Origin: Selaginella moellendorffii
Taxonomy: Eukaryota; Plantae; Lycopodiophyta
Assembly: GCF_000143415.4 (NCBI RefSeq)
Contig: NW_003314586.1
Location: 1-10,874, forward strand
DNA length: 10,874 nt
Reading direction: 5' to 3'
The translations under genes were made by a program, and so were the position numbers. The first letter of the stretch is position 1; each line of letters starts with the position of its first letter. Below, in pieces: positions 1 to 8,800 of this stretch. The notes below the pieces were generated by a model. The model was not told the DNA's origin. It made no database searches and saw nothing but the letters and a program-made list of their open reading frames with translations.

Positions 1-2211
1 AACTGAGTTCGAGGAACAAGGGTTCAACAGGCAGTCCATGGGAACGACGGTACGCACAAAACCAGGGGTCATGTTGTATATGGAGAGGCAATCTTCAAGA
101 GGTTTGTCGAGACATGTAGCGAGCAGCAACCACATAAAACCCGCCTCTTGGAAGATGGAACACGAGACACCCAACGAGTTCTCCCTTCCATGTATACCAA
201 GGGGGCCATATTGGAAGATGTGAATCGGGAACTCCAGAGTAATGGCTACAGGAAGCTGAGCCAATCTAGATTTAGTAGATTGTGGAGCAACAGGTTCAGG
301 GATGTGAGTATAGGAAAGTACTCCAGCTTTTCAAAGTGTGACGAGTGCACTGCTATCAAAATGGCTTTGTCGAAGAATCTTGCAGCGCTCAAGAGCGAGA
401 GACGTTGGTTAGAAGGAGGCTCGACCACAACATCGAGCAGAGAAGCTGCAAGACTGCATATTATCATAACAGGATTCTCTCCATGGAGAGACCTGACTCT
501 TACCTCTGCATCATCCACGACAAAATGGACCAGAAAAAGACATGCTTACCTCGACTCAATCCTGCCCCCAAGGCAATCTCTTCATCCATGCAGCTGCCTG
601 TGTCTCTGTTTGGCATAATCGCTCATGGGCATGGTGCCCAGAACTATGGGAACTTCTTTGTACCTCTATGGGGTGGCGGGGGTGCAAACATGATGATTGC
701 GTCCCTAGCAAAACACTTAAGGTCTCTGCAAAGTGCACAGACTGAGCTGAACGGCCAACCCTTGCATAAGGCCCTTATCGATCGAACCCCATACAGGGTT
801 CAGCTGGAGGAGGAGCAAAGGCTTGCAGTATCGCGTGGGGCCCCATGCCATCCCAGTGAATATGTTGGCCGTCAGATTGTAGGGTTATCACGTGAGGCCT
901 CATGCCATTCTGACGAGGCTGGTCGCCCGGTGAATGCACAGCCTCATCCAAACGAAGCAGAATCTCAAGGAAGTTCTTGCGGCCGATGTGGCCTTCCACC
1001 CCATCTTCTGCTCCAAACAGACAATGCTGGCAGTGAGAACAAAAACATGTACGTCTTCGCGTACTTGGCGATGCTTGTTGCCAAAGGCATATTTGAAACG
1101 GTTACACTTGGCTTTCTCATGGTTGGGCACACTCATGAAGACGTCGATGCCATGTTAAGTCACCTGGCAGAGTCCCTCCGGCGATCCAATGTCCTCACCC
1201 TCCCACAACTCTACGATGAATTCCAAAATTGCATCAAAGGCACTGTTGAAGCTGCACTTCTGACAGAGGTTCCAGACTTTAAGGGGTTTGTAAGAGGCTA
1301 CATCAGGGACGGATCCGAAACGCTGATTGGCCACTCCAAGCCTCTTCAGTTTCATTTCAGCATGTGTGACGGTGCTCCAGTGATGAGGTACAAGATGAGA
1401 GAATGGGACACAGTGTGGTTGCCAGTGGACGGCATTGAACTCTTCAAGAGAGATCCCATAACTGGGGAACCTATGATGCCGATGCACCCGGATGGACTCA
1501 AAGACCAGGAAAGTATAGTGGCCGGGATTAGACAGCATATTGCCTTCTGGAAGAGGGGGTTGGTGTTTGGTGGAGAATCCTATTTTCAGAGGTGCAAGCC
1601 TTTGCTCGAATACTGGGAGAAGATTATATCTGCTATCCAAAATGGGCCGGTTGTATATGAAGAATTGGAAGAGTCCTTTTGGCCAGAACCCAGAGCACCA
1701 GATAGTAGCGGAACAATGTCCTCTGGAAATGTAGTGACAGATAATGATGTTGAGGATCACTATTGTGGGCCGAGGAACAAGAAGCCGGATTCAGCATTCA
1801 ATCCAGTACAGGTCTGCAAAGGAATGGTCGTGCTTGTCAGACCCAGTAATACAAAACAAATGATATGGGTGGGGCGCTGCATCACTGATGCAGAGGAGGA
1901 CGCGGAAACTAACTCCTTCAATGTAACTGTGGAGTGGTTCAAGCCAAGTTCCGAATATACGAACGATTGCCTAGAAAAGAGATGGGTGCTGAATCCAAGG
2001 GATCCCAGCATGAGCATATCGGTGGATAATGTTGTGCATGGTTGGATGCAGAAGCAAAGTGCCACCATCACCTTGCCAGACCATGCAAGAGATGCAGCAA
2101 GAGCATTCATAACCCGGGTTCAAGGTGAGATTCATGAATATTCCTTTACTAAGTTTCTAATGTATTTTATTTCAAGGTGAACAATCCGAATCTGAATCAG
2201 AGGAGGCGTGA
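1..2211 (+). pseudogene. Transposase, copy A (partial; 1-bp deletions at ~20 and ~378 relative to copy B)
   Basis: ORFs 148..618 and 345..2180 are two frames of one protein. Motifs: FSKCDEC, IIHDKMDQ, LLLQTDNAGSENKN, FLMVGHTHEDVDAM. The spliced C-terminus ...TRVQG/EQSESESEEA* ends at TGA 2209-2211. Confidence 0.8.
2125..2176 (+). other. Predicted 52-nt GT-AG intron near the transposase 3' end (copy A)
   Basis: CAAG|GTGAGA donor, AT-rich body, CTAAT branch-like motif, TTTATTTCAAG| acceptor. Splicing gives the same C-terminus in both copies, whereas the unspliced ends differ. Confidence 0.7.
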
Positions 2212-3541
2212 TGGCATGTGGCCTTACGCCATTCCTAGGTGAGATGATACAAATAACAAGTATAAATTCTTAGTTGTTCTAGCAAATCTTCCTTAAAGTT
2301 CAAGGTGAACAAGCCGAATATGAATTCATCGGATTGTTATAACAAATTGCGAGGTGATGGCATGAGGCGATACGCCATTTGAGAGTGGTAGCCATTCCTA
2401 TATGAGGTGAGTGAAGTATTTATTAGAAATACCTCATTCAATTGTGCACTTTTAAGTCTTGGTCCACTTAGTACTGTTTGCATGTTTTTATTTTAATTCT
2501 TTCTCTAAAATGTTATTTAGCATGTGGCTTCATGCCATTGCTCTCCACAATCATGCATTGAATTTCTATCCTTGCATAATACTTCTCCATATATATAGCA
2601 TGTGCGCACATATGATATGGTTCATTAGGCCTGATATAGTGTGTGAGGTAAAACAAAGATGATGTGACATATGCATTTACCAATCACACGTGCATAAATC
2701 TAATAATATGGCATGTGGCCCATATTAATGGCACATAAACCCATATTGTGGGCTTACGTGCTTTATGTACCATCATTCCCTTGCAGCGTGTGTGTTGGTT
2801 TCCTTTTATAACACAACGAACTCCATATTTTAGGGTGAAGAGCGTTCTCATGGCAAGCACAAAATCTGTAAGTGAGGCAGAAAAGGAGACGGAGAAGGAG
2901 ATAGGTGAAGATGTAGAATATATAAGTCTTCCAAACTCCCCGTACTATACTCCAGGTGATCATTTTTTTGAACAAACGGCAACATTAACAACTATCGAGA
3001 ACGCCCCAGTAACGTCAGAGACAACAATCCAAAGCAAAACAACTGACCCGGAGAAGGATGATAGTACCGCTGAGAGTACCAAAAAGGAGGTGTCCACTAG
3101 CGCTTAGGCTTATAATGGCGTGTGCCCTCATGCCATTTACTTGATCACCAAATACCTTTTTCCCTTTGCACTAGTATATCTTAATACCGGTCTGAGAAAT
3201 AGAATGGCATGTGCCCTCAGGCCTTTTACTAAATCACCTTTGAAAGAAATTCAAGCCTCTATGTCGTAAAAAAAAGGTACTAGAGAAATTCCTTAATAAT
3301 ATGAATGTTATTTAGTTTCATGAAAATACACTAAGGGTCAAATGAGTTAAATGACTTCTCCAGACTAGCAATGCCTCTTGCTACACCTTCACAATTAGAT
3401 TCGTTAGAAAAAGATAACATTGAATAATATCTAAATGTTCTCACCATTAAGTTATATGTCTGGCTAATAGGAATGACGTTCATCTTGGAAAGCTCACCAC
3501 ACGCTCAATGAACAAACAAATAGTGTGTGCGCGCATGCCAT
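2211..3541. repeat. Right-side cluster of 22-bp palindromic motif ATGGCATGnGGCCnCATGCCAT (copy A)
   Basis: Copies start at 2211, 2357, 2517, 3115, 3204 and 3520, with degenerate ones at ~2595 and 2708. Spacing is irregular. Confidence 0.85.
2850..3107 (+). CDS. Putative 85-aa acidic, Ser/Thr/Glu-rich accessory ORF (copy A)
   Basis: MASTKSVSEAEKETEKE...KKEVSTSA*. Open in both copies, in an otherwise AT-rich region, with an acceptor-like ATTTTAG ending at 2833. No recognisable domain. Confidence 0.4.
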   Translation: MASTKSVSEAEKETEKEIGEDVEYISLPNSPYYTPGDHFFEQTATLTTIENAPVTSETTIQSKTTDPEKDDSTAESTKKEVSTSA

Positions 3542-3779
3542 CGCTCTTCTTTAGCTTCAGATTCGGCTTGTTCACCTTGACAATGAGATTTATTATACAA
3601 CCAGATGGACTCAGTCTGGACATAAAGTCACCGCGCTAGTCACCATGCCCCAGATATGTCTAGCCCCTGGACAAAAAACATATAATTTCACGTCATTTTC
3701 AAATACTTGAAAATTTGTACCTAGTCCCATTTTACTGAATAAATCCCACTTTAACGAAATAGAGCATGACTAAGGAACA

Positions 3780-3791
3780 GCTCCGATACCA
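3780..3791 (-). other. Primer-binding site (tRNA-iMet type) of an LTR retrotransposon
   Basis: The minus strand reads TGGTATCGGAGC, an 11/12 match to the canonical plant PBS TGGTATCAGAGC, 3 nt after the LTR-terminal CA. Confidence 0.85.
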
Positions 3792-4797
3792 AGTTGTAAG
3801 CGACTAATTTTTCCATTCTACTTTAGTCACTTAACCACACCTCCGACCACTTGGAGGAGTCTCATTCACAACCTCCATAAGCCCAACTCAGGACTTGGGG
3901 CTTGCTAGCCCCGAGAATGGCATCCATGCCACTCAACCTTAGCACTTGGTCCAAGTGCTCCACGTGTCCGATCCCATGATCGACACCCCAAGGTACCACC
4001 GACATATCGGCCCGTTACGCTAAGGCCATGCCCATTTACCTCGGTCCCACTGGTGGTCCAACACCACCTACATTCCAATCCCGTCTCTCAAAGACTGGGT
4101 CATCCATCCATGAGTGATCATCCCAGATCCACTCCTTAACATCCTTAGGATGCTTACAGACATGGGGAATAGCCTTCCCCAATATCTCTGTTCCGGTCCC
4201 CACCAAGTCCCTTTCTGTCCTTGGCTGTGTTCGCCAACACTGCCACTGGATCGAGGCCCACCGGCCCGACCACTAAGTCCCACTATCCTCTAGGCCTTCC
4301 TCACTGTGTGACTGTGTCCTTGGTCACTACCCCAGAGGACTGCTCCTCTTCCTTTCCACAGTCTGGGCCTTTGGGACAACATTTCGGAACACCGTGGCCT
4401 TACGCGAGCCACCTAGGTACTCTCCTCGCCTTCTGCCCTTGGGTGCTCTAGCCATGGGCTTAGAGCGGGTTCCGTTGAGCCACACCAGGTATCCAAGTAG
4501 GTAGTGCCACCCACACTTGGACTGGGAGCATCGGCCAGTCGATCTCCCGGGGGAACTAGAGCCGGCTCTTGAACACTTCACCAAGCTACCCCGCTTGTCG
4601 GTCCGTGTTCACTCTAGTCTTGGACTTCCCAGTGGGCAGCTCATCACCCAACACTGGGTCCGGCCTTCCTGGGCCAAACTGCCCTTTCCTGGCCAAACTG
4701 GCTCCACTGCAGTCCTCCCCCTACTATACTTTTGGAGCTCACCAAACCCCCCAGGGTCTGGGAGACGAACGCTTTGGGCTTTCACCCTCTCAGGCTC

Positions 4798-4890
4798 CGG
4801 ACTCGGACTCGGACTCGGACTCGGACTCGGACTCGGACTCGGGCTCGGGCTCGGTCTCGGCCTCGGCCTCGGTCTCGGTCTCGGTCCCGA

Positions 4891-4922
<32 letters not shown>

Positions 4923-4950
4923 CCGGTCTTGGTCCCGGTCTCGGTCTCGA
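4798..4950. repeat. Hexamer microsatellite (CGGACT > CGGGCT > CGGTCT)n
   Basis: Directly visible tandem hexamers whose unit changes progressively along the array. Confidence 0.95.
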
Positions 4951-4952
4951 CT

Positions 4953-5322
4953 TCGGACTCCATCTCGGACTCCATCTCGGACTCCATCTCGGACTCCATC
5001 TCGGACTCCATCTCGGGTCCATCTCGGGTCCATCTCGGACTCCATCTCGGACTCCATCTCGGGTCCATCTCGGACTCCATCTTGGACTCCATTTCGGGTC
5101 CATCTCGGGTCCACCTCGGACTCCATCTCGGACTCCATCTCGGACTCCATCTCGGGTCCATCTCGGACTCCACTTCGGACTCCAACTCGGGTCCATCTCG
5201 GGTCCACCTCGGACTCCACTTCGGACTCCATCTCGGGTCCATCTCGGACTCCACTTCGGACTCCAACTTGGGTCCATCTCGGACTCCACTTCGGACTCCA
5301 ACTCGAGTCCATCTCGGACACT
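4953..5322. repeat. 12-mer minisatellite (CGGACTCCATCT)n with 11-mer variants (CGGGTCCATCT, CGGACTCCACTT)
   Basis: Directly visible tandem array contiguous with the hexamer array. Confidence 0.95.
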
Positions 5323-5550
5323 CCCACGTGTCATGTGTTGGTCCTTTTGGGTCCCTTTTTGGAGCCTCGCCTTTTGCTCGCTTCGTGCTCGTTCCTCGAG
5401 CACTTCGTTGGGAGTTCCATTCCCGCTCTTGACTTTTCAAGTCGGAGCTTTTGGTCCAAACGTGTTACGCTCGTTTGGCTCTCGCTTCGGCCACTACCAT
5501 GTGGCGCCCTTCTGGCTCCACTTTGGGGCCTAGGGATTTTGTGTCTCACA

Positions 5551-5666
5551 CCTATTGCCATATTCCTTTTGCCTTGCTGCAACTGTATATATTTTTGTAT
5601 GGGTGACTAGTCACGCACACAAAAATATATACAGTTGCAGCAAGGCAAAAGGAATATAGCAACAGG
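5551..5666. repeat. 116-bp loopless palindrome centred on GTGACTAGTCAC
   Basis: Centre at 5608/5609. 54 of 58 pairs are complementary, with mismatches at 5554, 5559, 5599 and 5602. Confidence 0.95.
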
Positions 5667-5682
5667 CTAGCAGGGGCCAAAG

Positions 5683-5810
5683 ATAGCGTGAGGCCTCATG
5701 CCATTAGTGGTACCACTAATGGCATGAGGGCTCATGCCAATTTTGTGAATGCGAAATTTCACGTGGGTGTCAATAGCATGTTTGAATAATGGCATGTGGC
5801 CTCATGCTAT
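5683..5810. repeat. Left cluster of the 22-bp palindromic motif, including a higher-order palindrome 5686-5737
   Basis: Motifs at 5683, 5719 and 5789. 5694-5729 is a perfect 36-bp palindrome centred on GGTACC. Confidence 0.9.
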
Positions 5811-5892
5811 TGAGGTTGTTTGGTATGTTATGATTTAGGCCATTCTCCAATCATTTTTTGTATGGTTTTAACTTCTTTTCTGCACTTTCAGA

Positions 5893-8800
5893 ATGGCCTT
5901 CAGGGTTGGGGAAAAGGTTTACATTTTGAATGGTGGGAAGAGAGTTGCAAAAGGGACCCTTGTGTCTATGGATCGAAACTTTGTTATACACTGTCAAAGG
6001 CTTGGGGAAGGCAATGCTGCTGTATCAGTAGAGACTGTCTTCGATGGGAATGTGGTCGCTATTGAACGAGGAGAGATGGTCGTCGGGGTAAATGTTGTTG
6101 TTGCCTTGAAAAATCTTCAGAAGAAAGCAGATGTTGGGGACAGCGCAAGTGCGACGCATGTTCCCTCCGTGGATCTTAAGAACCGTGCTACATGGATTCA
6201 GGCCAAGGTGTTTCTAAACAACCCCGAGGGGGAGGTGGTAGCTGAGGGCTTAGCCATAGTTGTCGATCCAAGAGATGCGGTTGCTAATCAAGAATTGGGC
6301 TGGGATGATATTGGAGTTGCGATTTTAGGGGTTGTTGACACAGAAGAAAACAGTCTGACTATTGGAAGCATTGTGCGGTGGAAATTGAGGCACTTAGTGT
6401 TTGAGAATGTGAAGGATTCACAATCAAACACCACTACAACTGATGACAGAACATCTCTTCATGGGAAAAGAAAGTACACCTTCCTAAAGCGCAGCCAAAG
6501 GGATCTGAGCAACGAACCGAAAAGGCAGAAAATGGCGATGGAGGTTCGAATGGTCTCGACAGTTGCTTGTTGCAAGAGGAGGTGCTGTCAACATGCTGAT
6601 TGGGATGCTATTGAAGAGGAGAGAGCAAGATACAAGACATTGTCCTGGAAGGCAGCTCGCAATTTTGTGTATGAGGCATTACGGTCATCTGTTGATGCTT
6701 CAGAACATCAGGTGGGGGGCATGGTCTTCCAGAGGGGTTTGGTCTACATGAAGGCATGGAGAATCATTTATGGAGTCCCTCGAACCACATTCTACAGAAT
6801 CAAAACTGAGTTCGAGGAACAAAGGGTTCAACAGGCAGTCCATGGGAACGACGGTACGCACAAAACCAGGGTGATGTTGTATATGGAGAGGCAATCTTCA
6901 AGAGGTTTGTCGAGACATGTAGCGAGCAGCAACCACATAAAACCCGCCTCTTGGAAGATGGAACATGAGACACCCAACGAGTTCTCCCTTCCATGTATAC
7001 CAAGGGGGCCATATTGGAAGATGTGAATCGGGAACTCCAGAGTAATGGCTACAGGAAGCTGAGCCAATCTAGATTTAGTAGATTGTGGAGCAACAGGTTC
7101 AGGGATGTGAGTATAGGAAAGTACTCCAGCTTTTCAAAGTGTGACGAGTGCACTGCTATCAAAATGGCTTTGTCGAAGAATTCTTGCAGCGCTCAAGAGC
7201 GAGAGACGTTGGTTAGAAGGCGGCTCGACCACAACATCGAGCAGAGAAGCTGCAGGACTGCATATTATCATAACAGGATTCTCTCCATGGAGAGACCTGA
7301 CTCTTACTTCTGCATCATCCATGACAAAATGGACCAGAAAAAGACATGCTTACCTCGACTCAATCCTGCCCCCAAGGCAATCTCTTCATCCATGCAGCTG
7401 CCTGTGTCTCTATTTGGCATAATCGCTCATGGGCATGGTGCCCAGAACTATGGGAACTTCTTTGTACCTCTATGGGGTGGCGGGGGTGCAAACATGATGA
7501 TTGCGTCCCTAGCAAAACACTTAAGGTCTCTGCAAAGTGCACAGACTGAGCTGAATGGCCAACCCTTGCATAAGGCCCTTATCGATCGAACCCCATACAG
7601 GGTTCAGCTGGAGGAGGAGCAAAGGCTTGCAGTATCGCGTGGGGCCCCATGCCATCCCAGTGAATATGTTGGCCGTCAGATTGTAGGGTTATCACGTGAG
7701 GCCTCATGCCATTCCGACGAGGCTGGTTGCCCGGTGAATGCACAGCCTCATCCAAACGAAGCAGAATCTCAAGGAAGTTCTTGCGGCCGATGTGGCCTTC
7801 CACCCCATCTTCTGCTCCAAACAGACAATGCTGGCAGTGAGAACAAAAACATGTACGTCTTCGCGTACTTGGCGATGCTTGTTGCCAAAGGCATATTTGA
7901 AACGGTTACACTTGGCTTTCTCATGGTTGGGCACACTCATGAAGACGTCGATGCCATGTTCAGTCACCTGGCAGAGTCCCTCCGGCGATCCAATGTCCTC
8001 ACCCTCCCACAACTCTACGATGAATTCCAAAATTGCATCAAAGGCACTGTTGAAGCTGCACTTCTGACAGAGGTTCCAGACTTTAAGGGGTTTGTAAGAG
8101 GCTACATCAGGGACGGATCCGAAACGCTGATTGGCCACTCCAAGCCTCTTCAGTTTCATTTCAGCATGTGTGACGGTGCTCCAGTGATGAGGTACAAGAT
8201 GAGAGAATGGGACACAGTGTGGCTGCCAGTGGACGGCATTGAACTCTTCAAGAGAGATCCCATAACTGGGGAACCTATGATGCCGATGCACCCGGATGGA
8301 CTCAAAGACCAGGAAAGTATAGTGGCCGGGATTAGACAGCATATTGCCTTCTGGAAGAGGGGGTTGGTGTTTGGTGGAGAATCCTATTTTCAGAGGTGCA
8401 AGCCTTTGCTCGAATACTGGGAGAAGATTATATCTGCTATCCAAAATGGGCCGGTTGTATATGAAGAATTGGAAGAGTCCTTTTGGCCAGAACCCAGAGC
8501 ACCAGATAGTAGCGGAACAATGTCCTCTGGAAATGCAGTGACAGATAACGATGTTGAGGATCACTATTGTGGGCCGAGGAACAAAAAGCCGGATTCAGCA
8601 TTCAATCCAGTACAGGTCTGCAAAGGAATGGTCGTGCTTGTCAGACCCAGTAATAAAAAACAAATGATATGGGTGGGGCGCTGCATCACTGATGCAGAGG
8701 AGGACACGGAAACTAACTCCTTCAATGTAACTGTGGAGTGGTTCAAGCCAAGTTCCGGATATACGAAGGATTGCCTAGAAAAGAGATGGGTGCTGAATCC

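Larger units (their letters stand above)
1..3764 (+). mobile_element. DNA transposon copy A (Sola1/DUF7869-like transposase), 5' part outside window
   Basis: 1-3765 aligns almost base for base to 6804-10144, apart from a 423-bp indel and a few small indels. Homology stops abruptly after ...AACGAAATAGAG(C), and the flanks beyond are unrelated, which defines a right terminus. It encodes a DDD transposase-like protein. Confidence 0.85.
3795..5550 (-). mobile_element. Long terminal repeat (~1756 bp) of an LTR retrotransposon
   Basis: Bounded by TGTAAG (3795) and CTCACA (5550), i.e. TG...CA with a 5/6 terminal inverted repeat. A PBS is adjacent. The segment is GC-richer than the transposon flanks and composition changes at both borders. 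No second LTR lies in the window, so the 5550 boundary is inferred. Confidence 0.72.

Noticed and set aside
2211-3541. Palindromic repeats as a CRISPR-like array
   Set aside because: Spacing is highly irregular (~80-400 bp), repeats are degenerate, no cas genes are present and the context is eukaryotic.
3915-3934. TGGCATCCATGCCA in the LTR resembling the transposon motif
   Set aside because: It has a different spacer length and occurs once, so it may be chance.
5551-5575. Polypurine tract before the LTR on the minus strand
   Set aside because: It is only moderately purine-rich and is part of the palindrome arm, so it cannot be called.
4517-5610. Six long overlapping ORFs (GL, SD, RS/RT, RD, ES repeats) resembling SR or Sdr proteins
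   Set aside because: They are by-products of a stop-free tandem repeat inside an LTR. All frames are open and no domain is recognisable.
5605-5704. Helitron 3' end (hairpin plus CTAG) on the minus strand
   Set aside because: CTAG at 5607 and 5667 and nearby hairpins exist, but the other end does not show an A|TC junction and no Rep/helicase is encoded. Not fully excluded.
6872-7026. C-terminal 'MLYMERQSS...PYWKM' of ORF 5893..7026 and ORF 38..223 as real protein, or programmed frameshifting
   Set aside because: This is an off-frame read-through after a 1-bp deletion. Copy A is continuous in the other frame at this point.
7704-8564. 286-aa antisense ORF and other short ORFs overlapping the transposase
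   Set aside because: These are shadow ORFs. The 286-aa one is broken by a stop in copy A and has no motifs.
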